From the NCBI GenBank assembly GCA_041628355.1, contig JBFKPJ010000001.1:13909-77908 (forward strand): DNA of 64,000 nt. Reading direction: 5' to 3'. Made by a program: the position numbers and the translations under genes. This document shows, piece after piece, positions 1-11,254 of the stretch; positions within the stretch are counted from its first letter, which is position 1; each line of letters opens with the position of its first letter. Below the pieces are notes generated by a model. It was not told the origin of the DNA. It ran no database searches and was given only the letters and a program-made list of their open reading frames with translations. This stretch comes from Muriicola sp. (GTDB taxonomy: Bacteria; Bacteroidota; Bacteroidia; Flavobacteriales; Flavobacteriaceae).

Positions 1-1525
1 CAATGGAAGCCAGGATAGGGAAAAGGCTCACATGGTCCCCGTAAAAGGGAATGGAAAAAGGCAGTTGCGCGATCATATCGTAGGAAGACAGGTCTTCCGC
101 CCACAAGAACGACTTCTGCCTCAGGGCAAATGAGGTCGGGAAGAACATAAAGAGGGCGTAGAAGATCGGCAATTGAAGCAGGGCGGGGACACACCCACTC
201 ATGGGACTTACTCCCGCCTTGTTGTAGAGCTTCATGGTCTCCTGCTGTTTCTTCATCGCATTGTCCTTGTACTTCTCATTGATCTCAGTGATCTCCGGCC
301 TTAAGACCTTCATTTTTGCCTGAGACAGGTATGATTTATAGGTGACCGGCGACATCAAGAGCCTTACGATAATGGTCATCACCACAATGGCGATCCCGTA
401 GGGCAGGAAGGAACTCAGAAATCCGTAGAAGGGGGTAAAGACGTGGCGATTAATCCACCCGAAGATCCCCCACCCGTAAGGGATGGATTCTACCAGTCCC
501 AGGTCCTTGTATTTCTCCAGGACGTCGATGTCCGTAGGGCCGTAGTACCAGTTCATCGCGTAGGACAATTCTCCGCCTTCCAGTTCCAGAGGGGCGACGG
601 TAGTGTATTCCTTAGTGAATTTGGCCTCCTTGCTCTCTTCCTCTACCAGGTTCTTTGAACTCAGTTGTGCCGTCTTAAATGGCGTATTAGTGGTGAGGAT
701 GGAACTGAAGAAATGCTGTCTGTAGGATAACCATTTGATATCCTCTTCAGTTTCCTCGTCGTCACTGGATTCGGAGAGCTTGCTGATCTTCCCTCCTTCG
801 TGGTTGTACGTAAGTCGGGTATACCGGTTACCGTACTGTATACTTTTATTGTGCCGGATACCTTTCAATCGCCAGTTCAATGTTACAGGCCGGCTGCCAT
901 TGATCACTCCGTTGAGGCCCTGTGACCTTACGGTGAATCCGAGCAAATATTCTCCCGGTTTGACCTCATACCGGTATTCCAAAAATTGTTGGGGCGAGAC
1001 CATGGCTTTCATGGAAAGAACCTTGATGTCGCCCTCCTCACTGAGCGCAGGCTCAAAGAACAGATCTCTGGTATTGAGCACACGATTGTCCGTCGTCGTA
1101 AAATTCAGGTCGAACAGGGCATTCCCATCCCTGATCAGATATACCGGGATGGAATCATAGGTGACAAACTCCTTGAGTCTTGCCTCTGTGATCTGCCCTC
1201 CCCTGTTGCTGATCTCCAGGTAAAGGACATCGTTTTCCAGGACCGTTGTACCTTCTTCCGCAGGGGTATATCCAAACCCGCCTACGGAATTCCTGTAATT
1301 CACCAGGGCAGTAGAATCCTGCAGATCCAGTTGAGGGGTTTCAAGGACAGGGGCTGTTGCCGCTTGTTCTTCGGATTTTTCCGCTTCTTTTTGTTGTTCT
1401 ATTTTGGCCTTCTGAGCCTCGATCTCTTCCGGGGTGGGTTGGTTCTGGTAGAACCAGAACAACAGGATCCCAAAGATCAGGACAAAGCCGATGATCGAAT
1501 TCAGGTCTAGTTTTTTCTCTTCCAT
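1..1525 (-). CDS. yidC: Membrane protein insertase YidC (3' end runs off the window start)
   Basis: Minus-strand frame from ATG at 1525 reads MEEKKLDLNSIIGFVLIFGILLFWFYQNQPTPEEI; near the window start it reads YLSQAKMKVLRPEITEINEKYKDNAMKKQQETMKLYNKAGVSPMSGCVPALLQLPIFYALFMFFP, typical of YidC. Absent from the ORF track because there is no stop codon in the window. Confidence 0.95.
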   Translation of the reverse strand, partial: MEEKKLDLNSIIGFVLIFGILLFWFYQNQPTPEEIEAQKAKIEQQKEAEKSEEQAATAPVLETPQLDLQDSTALVNYRNSVGGFGYTPAEEGTTVLENDVLYLEISNRGGQITEARLKEFVTYDSIPVYLIRDGNALFDLNFTTTDNRVLNTRDLFFEPALSEEGDIKVLSMKAMVSPQQFLEYRYEVKPGEYLLGFTVRSQGLNGVINGSRPVTLNWRLKGIRHNKSIQYGNRYTRLTYNHEGGKISKLSESSDDEETEEDIKWLSYRQHFFSSILTTNTPFKTAQLSSKNLVEEESKEAKFTKEYTTVAPLELEGGELSYAMNWYYGPTDIDVLEKYKDLGLVESIPYGWGIFGWINRHVFTPFYGFLSSFLPYGIAIVVMTIIVRLLMSPVTYKSYLSQAKMKVLRPEITEINEKYKDNAMKKQQETMKLYNKAGVSPMSGCVPALLQLPIFYALFMFFPTSFALRQKSFLWAEDLSSYDMIAQLPFSIPFYGDHVSLFPILASI

Positions 1526-1623
1526 GGATCTTTTGTGGTGTCTACCTCAATATGCCGTAGTGACCGGCCTTTGCAATGTTCGTTCGAATTGTGCGGTTGC
1601 AAATATAGGTCCAATTGTACAGT

Positions 1624-3318
<1,695 letters not shown>

Positions 3319-3437
3319 TCAACTGGATGAAAACTTTCCGGATTTTATAAACAGGGCCGTCAGACACGGGACAGGTGATTCACATTCCACCATAAAATTA
3401 ATTCACTTACTTTTGAGAGAATCCTAATTCCCGTACT

Positions 3438-4307
3438 ATGAAGAGGAGATCTTTTATCACATCGGCTGCCACCGCTTCAGCGGGGCTCATGGCCACCTCT
3501 CCGCTTTTGGCTAAAGGAGCCCAAGAAGTCGATCGAAATGAACTCAAAGGGAACATCAACCACAGTGCCTGCTACTGGTGCTACGACACCATCCCCCTGG
3601 AACGATTCCTGGGCGAACTGAAGGCATTGGGAGTAAAGGCTATAGACCTGGTAGGGCCTGCAGACTGGCCCCTGCTCAAGAAGTACGGGATCCACGCCAG
3701 CATGTGCTGGGGGGCAGAGCTCAACCTGACCGACGGCTGGTGCGACCCACAGTTCCGTTCCGAACTCATCGCAAATTACAGTGCCATGATCCCCAAGGTG
3801 GCAGAAGCCGGGTACACCAACCTCATTTGTTTCAGCGGCAGCCGCAGAGGCATGGATGATGAGGAAGGGCTCAGACATGCCGAGGAAGGCCTGAAGCAGG
3901 TCCTCCCCCTGGCAGAAAGGCACGGGGTTGTCCTGCAGATGGAGCTCCTCAATTCCAGGGTAGACCACGAGGATTATATGTGCGACCATACTTCCTGGGG
4001 AGCGACCCTTTGCGATCGGTTGGGTTCGGACAATTTCAAACTCCTGTATGACATTTACCATATGCAGATCATGGAGGGCGACGTGATCCGGACTATAGAA
4101 AAATATCGCGATTACATAGGTCACTATCACACGGGAGGCAATCCGGGCAGGCATGAGATCGACGAGACCCAGGAATTATACTACCCTGCTATCATGAAAG
4201 CGATTGTCAATACAGGATTTAAAGGACATGTGGCCCAGGAATTCATCCCGAGCTGGGAAGACAAGATCGCGGCCCTCGAGCAGGGGATCAGGATCTGTGA
4301 TGTATGA
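3438..4307 (+). CDS. Hydroxypyruvate isomerase / AP-endonuclease-2 TIM-barrel family protein with Tat signal
   Basis: MKRRSF twin-arginine leader; LLYDIYHMQIMEG and HYHTGGNPGRHE motifs. Confidence 0.85.
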   Translation: MKRRSFITSAATASAGLMATSPLLAKGAQEVDRNELKGNINHSACYWCYDTIPLERFLGELKALGVKAIDLVGPADWPLLKKYGIHASMCWGAELNLTDGWCDPQFRSELIANYSAMIPKVAEAGYTNLICFSGSRRGMDDEEGLRHAEEGLKQVLPLAERHGVVLQMELLNSRVDHEDYMCDHTSWGATLCDRLGSDNFKLLYDIYHMQIMEGDVIRTIEKYRDYIGHYHTGGNPGRHEIDETQELYYPAIMKAIVNTGFKGHVAQEFIPSWEDKIAALEQGIRICDV

Positions 4308-4314
4308 GAATTGA

Positions 4315-4854
4315 TCAGTTCCCGCTGTTCCGAAGGGCTTCAGCGATCATACTGTTCCATTCCCTTTGCTTCTCTTCTGCCCTGGAATAATTGGTCTCGC
4401 TGTCATATCGCTTCTGGAAATCCCGCATTTCATCGATGATCTCGTTGTAGATCGCCCTCATTTCGGACTTGACCTCAGAAGTAAATCGGAAGCGCCTGAA
4501 CCTGTCCCTCATCCTGCGTGCAAAGAGTTCCGAGATATCAAAATGCAACTGCTCATGGCTCAGGATATTGGCATTGGCTAATTCGGGACGGTACCAGGAA
4601 GATTCAGGATAGAAGTAGCATTCCACTGTCCAATCGACATTTATTCTCCCACCTTCATCCATGGCTGAGAAACTGTAAGATATGCCGCTCGCTGTGGTAG
4701 CCGCCACCTGAGAATCTGCTGGGGGAGGCGCTTTAAAATCGGACCATGAAAGACGATAGCCGGGATCCCATAGGATACCCGCGGGTTCCTGTCCTATGCT
4801 GAGACTGCAATAGATCCCGCACAGCACAAGGATCGAGATCTTTAATCGCCCCAA
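4315..4854 (-). CDS. DUF922 family predicted secreted Zn-dependent protease
   Basis: Signal peptide, LSWSDF, ILSHEQLHFDISE (HExxH). Confidence 0.8.
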   Translation of the reverse strand: MGRLKISILVLCGIYCSLSIGQEPAGILWDPGYRLSWSDFKAPPPADSQVAATTASGISYSFSAMDEGGRINVDWTVECYFYPESSWYRPELANANILSHEQLHFDISELFARRMRDRFRRFRFTSEVKSEMRAIYNEIIDEMRDFQKRYDSETNYSRAEEKQREWNSMIAEALRNSGN

Positions 4855-5246
4855 TGAAATTCGATTTTCTTTTCGATGTCCGGGTGGATACTGTAGAGTA
4901 CAGGGCAGGTGCGGGCGGTATGTTCCAGGATGGTCCTGTTCTTCTCCTTGAAATGTCCCGGCATATGAAGAAACACATCGATCCCGACAATTCGCCTGGG
5001 ATCCGATGCCATATGCTTGGTCACCTCCGCATAGGCTCCCTCCAGGTCCAGGTCCCAGGTACGTGCTTTGATGCCCATCACGGTGAGCATGCAGCTGGCA
5101 AGGGCCGTAGCCACTGTGTCTGTCGGAGAAAAAGCCTCCCCCAGTCCGTTGTTGTCCACTGGGGCGTCCGTGATGAATTCGCTGCCTGATCTCAGATGTA
5201 CGCAGGTGGTCCGGAGGTCCCCGGTATAGGTCACTTTAGAGGTCAT
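4842..5246 (-). CDS. OsmC family protein
   Basis: TDAPVDNNGLGEAFSPTD...LASC and TCPV two-Cys pattern. Confidence 0.9.
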   Translation of the reverse strand: MTSKVTYTGDLRTTCVHLRSGSEFITDAPVDNNGLGEAFSPTDTVATALASCMLTVMGIKARTWDLDLEGAYAEVTKHMASDPRRIVGIDVFLHMPGHFKEKNRTILEHTARTCPVLYSIHPDIEKKIEFHWGD

Positions 5247-7413
5247 TGGAAACGGGATTGAGTTGAACCACGCGCATATTCTCGTATTTCATGATGTAGG
5301 TCGCCAGGTTAAAATAGCCGAATGACAGGGCCCTGGCGTAATCGAATTTATTGCCTGTATATTCCGTGAGCCCGATCAGGTCGGAAACGCTGAACAGATC
5401 GGGTTTAAAGGCGAGTTTAAGCAAGAGATCGTAAGTGAGATCGAAGCCCCTGACCGCGTATTTATCGGGATCCCCCCCAAAGCGATTCCTGTACCTTCTT
5501 ACGAAAGCGTCGTTTCCTACCTCCTTATCTATGGAGGGGTACGTGAAATTGAGGTTGGAGATATGGGACACCGAGATCACTTCGTTCTCAAAGGCCTTGT
5601 TCTTGTTGGTGGTGAACATCCTGACCCGGGTAGTATCCGATATGGACGAGTTCAAGATAGAGGTCACGCTGGAAACCAGTTTGAAATTGTCGGTTTCCAC
5701 AAGGACCCAATTCTCCTGTTTCGTACTCAGCATGATCTTCAGCTTCTCAATATCCACGGCAATATTCTTCTCGTCTTCAATCACCTTCAGCGACCTCGCT
5801 GCCGGAAATCTTTTCTGAACTATGGCACGGGTAGTGTCGTTCTTGGAGTCACTGATCACCACGATATTCTCATCTGTCCGCTTGGACTCCATATAATCCA
5901 GCATTTTCTTCCTCAGAATACTATCCGAAGGGACAGAATAGAATACGTTGGGCAACTCCATGTCACTTTGGGCACTCAGGGGTGCCACAATGGGCAGGTT
6001 GTATTGCCTGGCCTGCCCGGCCACTTCCTTGAGAACCTCTGCCTGCAGGGGGCCTATGATCGCCTGGTACTTTGAGAGGTCCTCCCTGGAGAGGAGGTTC
6101 CTGACGTGTTGCGGACTCAATTCGGTGTCATAGGTACGTACCTTTACGGAGATACCGAGATCCGCAAGGGAATCCACTGCCACGAGGGCGCCACTGTAAA
6201 GCCCCAGACTGTATTTCAGGGCATTGCTGCGGTTGATGGCCCGCTCCGTCGAGGCAATGCTGTCGAGATTAAGCCTATTGATCCTGAAGGGCAGCAGGAC
6301 CATAACCGATGGTCTGTTCATCCTGTTTATACTGTCCAGGAGGTTGATCTTATCCAGTATTAGGGAATTTCGGACCTCCAGCGTGCCGGCATTTTCCCTG
6401 GGAAGTTTCAGGATCATCCCTGCCTTGAGGCCCTTGCTCAGTTCCGGATTCAGGGCGAGTAACTCACTGTAGCCGATCCCGAGTTTCCGGGTAAGGGAAA
6501 ACTCCGTTTGCCTGGGTTTCACCTCGTAGAAGATATAATTATCGGCATTGACCTCTTCTGTTTTGGCCTTTTTCATGGGCAGGCGGAGTACCATGCCTTC
6601 CTTTAGCCCCCCCTGATCCAGGATCGCAGGGTTGAGCCTGATGATCTCCTCGGAGGTGATACCGTATTCCCCGCTCAGGCTGTACATGGTTTTTTTTGCG
6701 GGTACCGTATAGGACTCAAAGAGCTGAACCTCCTGACCGTCTACAGTGGTGCCCGGCCGCCTGGGCAGGAGAAGTTGCTGACCTATGGACAGGTGACTGG
6801 TCGATTCCCCCAGTTCAGGGTTTAGAGCCACCATACTGTCTATGGTGATCCCGTATTTGTGGGCAATACTCCACCGTGTTTCCTTGGGAGCAACGGTGTA
6901 GGTCTCGAAATTCTCTGAGTTGGCAAGGTCTTCCTCCTCCACAATCTCGGGGAATTCCGGGATCCGCAACCGCATCCCCTTTTGGAGCGGTGTACTGTAA
7001 AGTTCCTTGTTATACCTCTTGAGGTCGTCTTCCGTGATATCGTACCGCCTTGAGATCCCGTATAAAGTCTCCCTTTTCCGAACCCTGTGGGTCCTGAAAC
7101 CAATGGGTTTGCGCTCTTCTTCCTGCTCTATTTGTCCCGGTGGCTCAGGTCTTTTCACAGCCATTTCCTCAAAGGGATCTGTGACCGTGGCAGCTTCCTG
7201 CAAAGGGATCACCAGGATGGTGTTGGGCTTCAGGATATCACCCTGTTTGAGCTCCTTGTTATATTTGAGGATATTGTACGGGGTAACCTTGTACAGCTTG
7301 GAAATACTGTACAGGGTCTCCCCTTCTTTCACGGCATGGGTCTTGAATTGCTGTGCCTGCACCTGAAAGGTGAACAGGACGAACAAAACAAGACAATTCA
7401 ATACTTTCATCAT
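5236..7413 (-). CDS. Multi-LysM peptidoglycan-binding protein with C-terminal PBP1-type (LpoA/branched-chain-binding-like) domain
   Basis: About five LysM-like repeats (HAVKEGETLYSISK, HRVRKRETLYGIS, YTVAPKETRWSIA, ...), then VMVLLPF...IIGPL...AVRGFD. Confidence 0.85.
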   Translation of the reverse strand: MMKVLNCLVLFVLFTFQVQAQQFKTHAVKEGETLYSISKLYKVTPYNILKYNKELKQGDILKPNTILVIPLQEAATVTDPFEEMAVKRPEPPGQIEQEEERKPIGFRTHRVRKRETLYGISRRYDITEDDLKRYNKELYSTPLQKGMRLRIPEFPEIVEEEDLANSENFETYTVAPKETRWSIAHKYGITIDSMVALNPELGESTSHLSIGQQLLLPRRPGTTVDGQEVQLFESYTVPAKKTMYSLSGEYGITSEEIIRLNPAILDQGGLKEGMVLRLPMKKAKTEEVNADNYIFYEVKPRQTEFSLTRKLGIGYSELLALNPELSKGLKAGMILKLPRENAGTLEVRNSLILDKINLLDSINRMNRPSVMVLLPFRINRLNLDSIASTERAINRSNALKYSLGLYSGALVAVDSLADLGISVKVRTYDTELSPQHVRNLLSREDLSKYQAIIGPLQAEVLKEVAGQARQYNLPIVAPLSAQSDMELPNVFYSVPSDSILRKKMLDYMESKRTDENIVVISDSKNDTTRAIVQKRFPAARSLKVIEDEKNIAVDIEKLKIMLSTKQENWVLVETDNFKLVSSVTSILNSSISDTTRVRMFTTNKNKAFENEVISVSHISNLNFTYPSIDKEVGNDAFVRRYRNRFGGDPDKYAVRGFDLTYDLLLKLAFKPDLFSVSDLIGLTEYTGNKFDYARALSFGYFNLATYIMKYENMRVVQLNPVSNDL

Positions 7414-7424
7414 GGTATATACGT

Positions 7425-8957
7425 TTATTCCCACTCTATGGTTGCCGGGGGCTTGGAACTTATGTCATAAACCACCCTGTTCACCCCGGGAACCTTGTTG
7501 ATGATGTCATTGGACATCTTCTGCAGGAACTCATAAGGCAAATTTACCCAATCTGCCGTCATCCCGTCCGTACTTTCCACGGCCCTTAATGCTACGCATT
7601 TTTCATAGGTCCGCTCGTCCCCCATGACTCCTACACTGTGGACCGGGAGCAACATGGCACCAGCCTGCCAGACATTGTCGTACAGTCCCCACTCCCTCAA
7701 CCCGTTGATGAAGATCGCATCCACTTCCTGCAGGATAGCCACTTTTTCGCGTGTCACATCACCCAGTATCCTGATCGCGAGTCCAGGACCGGGGAAGGGA
7801 TGTCTGCCCAGGCGCTCGTCGGCAATTCCCAGGGTGGTACCTACCCTTCTCACCTCATCCTTGAACAGCATTTTCAGGGGTTCTACTACCTTTAATTTCA
7901 TGTAATCGGGAAGTCCGCCCACATTGTGATGACTTTTAATGGTAGCTGAAGGGCCGCCTGAAGCCGAAACCGATTCAATCCTGTCCGGATAGATCGTCCC
8001 CTGCGCCAGCCATTTTGCATCTTCCACCATATGTGCCTCGTCATCGAATACATCGATAAAGACACCTCCAATGATCTTCCGTTTTTTCTCGGGATCATCC
8101 TCCCCTGCCAATGCATCCAAAAAACGTGCCGAAGCGTCTACCCCTTTCACATTCAATCCCATGTGCTTGTACTGTTCCAGCACATCTTCGAACTCATTTT
8201 TCCGCAGGAGACCGTTGTTCACGAAGATACAGTGAAGGTGATTTCCTATGGCCTTGTGCAGGAGAACCGCGGCCACGGTTGAATCCACACCCCCTGAGAG
8301 GCCGAGGATCACCTTGTCCTCCCCTATTTGATCCTTTAATTCCGCTACGGTGGTTTCCACGAAGGCGTCAGGTGTCCAGGTCTGCTCCAGGCCCGCAATG
8401 CCCACCAGGAAATTTTCGAGAAGTTGCTTCCCGTCCGTGGTGTGATAGACCTCGGGATGGAATTGGATGGCGTATATTTTTTCGCTGGCGATCTTGAAGG
8501 CCGCGTTTTCCACATCTTCCGTACTGGCGAGTAATTCAGCCCCTTCGGGAAGTTGCTGGATGGTATCGGAGTGGCTCATCCACACCTGAGACCCCGAAGA
8601 GATATTCTGGAAGAAGGGCTCTCCGTCCTTGATCCCGGCCAACCGGGCCCGTCCGTATTCCCTGGTCCCGGAAGGAGCCACATTGCCGCCGTTGAAATGG
8701 GCGATATACTGGGCACCGTAGCACACGCCGAGAATTGGAATCTTCCCTTTGATCCCGTTTAGCTCAGGATGAGGCGCATCTTCCGATCGAACAGAAAACG
8801 GAGACCCTGAAAGGATCACCGCCTTGAATTCCGACAGGTCATCCGGCAGGTGGTTATAAGGTTTTATTTCGCAGAAAATATTTAGTTCCCTGACCCTTCG
8901 AGCGATTAGCTGGGTGTACTGGGATCCGAAATCGAGAATGAGAACGTTGTTTTGCAT
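7425..8957 (-). CDS. guaA: GMP synthase (glutamine-hydrolysing)
   Basis: [28 protein letters not shown]-terminal KPPATIEWE. Confidence 0.98.
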   Translation of the reverse strand: MQNNVLILDFGSQYTQLIARRVRELNIFCEIKPYNHLPDDLSEFKAVILSGSPFSVRSEDAPHPELNGIKGKIPILGVCYGAQYIAHFNGGNVAPSGTREYGRARLAGIKDGEPFFQNISSGSQVWMSHSDTIQQLPEGAELLASTEDVENAAFKIASEKIYAIQFHPEVYHTTDGKQLLENFLVGIAGLEQTWTPDAFVETTVAELKDQIGEDKVILGLSGGVDSTVAAVLLHKAIGNHLHCIFVNNGLLRKNEFEDVLEQYKHMGLNVKGVDASARFLDALAGEDDPEKKRKIIGGVFIDVFDDEAHMVEDAKWLAQGTIYPDRIESVSASGGPSATIKSHHNVGGLPDYMKLKVVEPLKMLFKDEVRRVGTTLGIADERLGRHPFPGPGLAIRILGDVTREKVAILQEVDAIFINGLREWGLYDNVWQAGAMLLPVHSVGVMGDERTYEKCVALRAVESTDGMTADWVNLPYEFLQKMSNDIINKVPGVNRVVYDISSKPPATIEWE

Positions 8958-9097
8958 GGCCAAAAATAGCAATTTGCGAATTTTCGTAAAGTATCTTTCG
9001 GTATATTTATCATCGGTTTATCAACGTTTCTTCGAAGAAAAAAACGGGATTCATCACCAGTAGACTGGATTATAGGGTCCGATGGATACATAGATAA

Positions 9098-9131
9098 GCA
9101 AAAAGCCCTGACCCCTACGGTCAAGGCTTTT
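9098..9131 (-). terminator. Intrinsic terminator-like hairpin upstream of the guaA promoter
   Basis: Minus strand AAAAGCCTTGACC-GTAGG-GGTCAGGGCTTTTTG. Confidence 0.7.
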
Positions 9132-9277
9132 CGAATCAAAAACCAACCTAAACACATGAATTTTTATGACACTCTGCTAATTCTCTTTTTCAAAGCAATT
9201 TATTATAGAACAACTCATCCCCAAAATACCCTACCCGATACTTAAAATTTTTATATTTAATCATAAATTCCAAGGGA

Positions 9278-9823
9278 ATGATCCAAAAATACTTAGAGGA
9301 AGTCAGGGCCGAACTGAAAAAAGGAGCCACCCAAAAAGACCACCCCTTTCGATATTTCACACTGGCCACTGTGGGCCTCGACCAGGTGCCCAGGTTGCGC
9401 ACCGTGGTCCTCAGAAAACTGTCCGATGACCTCAGGATGACCATTTACACTGACCGGCGTTCCAAAAAAATGATCCACCTTAAGGAGAACAAAAAGGTGG
9501 GACTCCTTTTCTACAACCCGGATACACTCACCCAGATCCGTATAGAAGGCCCTGCCCTGATCGTACAGGATGAGGAGGCCAAGAAATCGTACTGGAGCGG
9601 AGTAGACAAGAATGCCCGCAAGGACTTTACGACGGCCGCTGCACCAGGCACCAGCCTGGCCAGCCCCGAGAAACTGGATTACCTGGAAGACGAGGATCAC
9701 TTTTGCATCCTGGAGATCGTTCCGTTCAAGATCGAGTACCTCAGGCTCAAAAGGCCCAACCATATCCGGGTGCGCTATTCCTGGGAGGACGGCCAGTGGG
9801 AAGGGGAATTCATCGTCCCCTGA
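9278..9823 (+). CDS. Pyridoxamine 5'-phosphate oxidase-like FMN-binding protein
   Basis: HPFRYFTLAT...PRLRTVVLR...TDRRSKK...QIRIEG...IEYLRL pattern. Confidence 0.85.
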   Translation: MIQKYLEEVRAELKKGATQKDHPFRYFTLATVGLDQVPRLRTVVLRKLSDDLRMTIYTDRRSKKMIHLKENKKVGLLFYNPDTLTQIRIEGPALIVQDEEAKKSYWSGVDKNARKDFTTAAAPGTSLASPEKLDYLEDEDHFCILEIVPFKIEYLRLKRPNHIRVRYSWEDGQWEGEFIVP

Positions 9824-9828
9824 AGATC

Positions 9829-11202
9829 TTACTCCCTCAATGTATCGAGGATCAACAGGATGTCTTCCTCAGTGGTATCCGGGTTGATAAAGCAGAACCT
9901 CAATACCGTTTCATACCCATGTTCCGTTTTCCAGAGGGTAGGTGTCACCAGGGCAATGCCCTCCTTGTGATTGTGGTAGGTCCAGTCCCGATATCTCCTG
10001 GGCTCCCATCCTTCTCTGCGGAAGAGAACACAGGAAAGACTTGGAGGCCTGACCAGTGAGAGTTCCGGCCGACTCTCAATGAGTTCCCCTGCCCTGTTGG
10101 CCAGGGAAATCCCCCTTTCTACCGCCCATTTGTACTTGTCTGTTCCATGGGTCGCAAGGGAAAACCAAAGGGGCATCCCCCTCAATCTGCGGGTGAGCTG
10201 TATCTGATAGTCGGCCGGATTGAACCCGCTGGCTCCTTCGTCCTTGAAAATATCCAGGTAGGACCCTTCCTGTTTATGAGCTTCCAGTGCCAGGGAAGGG
10301 TTGCGATACAGGACAGCACCACAGTCATAAGGAGAGAAAAGCCATTTATGAGGGTCTATGGTGATACTGTCCGCTTTTTCGATCCCATTGAACAAGTGTC
10401 TGACCGAGTCTGCAACCAGGGCCCCTCCCCCGTAAGCTGCATCGACATGGTACCACAAGCCCTCTTCCCGGCATACCTCTGCTATGCCTTCCAGGTCGTC
10501 AATGATCCCCGCATTGGTGGTGCCCCCGGTAGCTACAACCGCAAAAAGGCTTTGGCGTTTCTCTGCTTCAAGTGACCGGATCTCATTCCGTAACATGGGC
10601 CCTGTGAGCCGGTCCTCCGTTTCCACCAGGTGGACCTCTGCGTCCATGACCTTGGCCATGGCCTTGATGGAGGAGTGGGCCCCTACCGATGTAATGATCA
10701 ATCCTTTCCTGTCTTTATGGGCCGACTGCTTCCTCCAGTATTCCCGGGCCGTGACCATGGCCGAAAGGTTCGCGGCCGTACCTCCGCTCGTAAAGACACC
10801 AAAGGCCCCATCTGGCATACCGGTGAGGGAGATCAGCCATTTCATTGCCTGGTTCTCGCAAAAAATACCTCCTGCACCTTCCATCCAGTAAGCCCCGTGG
10901 ATACTGGAAGCAGAAGTGACCAGGTCGAACATGACCGCAGCCCTGGTCGGGGCAGCCGGCACAAAAGCGAGATGCCTGGGGTGATCTATAGGGACAGTGG
11001 ACTTTAAAAGGACGTCCCGAAAGAGCTGAAAGGCCTTTTCGCCTCCTATCCCTTCAGGCGTGATGGTTTCCCCAACCATCTCAAACAATTCGTCCTCTTT
11101 CCTGATCTGCCCCAGTGAGGGGGAATCATTGGTGATCCGGTTGATGGCGTATTTCATGACATCCAGGGTCATTTCCACCAGGTCGATATCGATATTATGC
11201 AT
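9829..11202 (-). CDS. Group II PLP-dependent decarboxylase
   Basis: GVFTSGGTAAN, HVDAAYGG, DSITIDPHKW (PLP lysine). Confidence 0.92.
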   Translation of the reverse strand: MHNIDIDLVEMTLDVMKYAINRITNDSPSLGQIRKEDELFEMVGETITPEGIGGEKAFQLFRDVLLKSTVPIDHPRHLAFVPAAPTRAAVMFDLVTSASSIHGAYWMEGAGGIFCENQAMKWLISLTGMPDGAFGVFTSGGTAANLSAMVTAREYWRKQSAHKDRKGLIITSVGAHSSIKAMAKVMDAEVHLVETEDRLTGPMLRNEIRSLEAEKRQSLFAVVATGGTTNAGIIDDLEGIAEVCREEGLWYHVDAAYGGGALVADSVRHLFNGIEKADSITIDPHKWLFSPYDCGAVLYRNPSLALEAHKQEGSYLDIFKDEGASGFNPADYQIQLTRRLRGMPLWFSLATHGTDKYKWAVERGISLANRAGELIESRPELSLVRPPSLSCVLFRREGWEPRRYRDWTYHNHKEGIALVTPTLWKTEHGYETVLRFCFINPDTTEEDILLILDTLRE

Positions 11203-11254
11203 AGGGTGAAATTAGAACCAAAATATACGGGTTCTAATTGACATGAGAAGATGT

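Noticed and set aside
8906-9157. 83-aa ORF or purine riboswitch upstream of guaA
   Set aside because: The ORF runs through a terminator and overlaps guaA out of frame; no purine aptamer core is visible; guaA has its own -7 element at 8961-8968.
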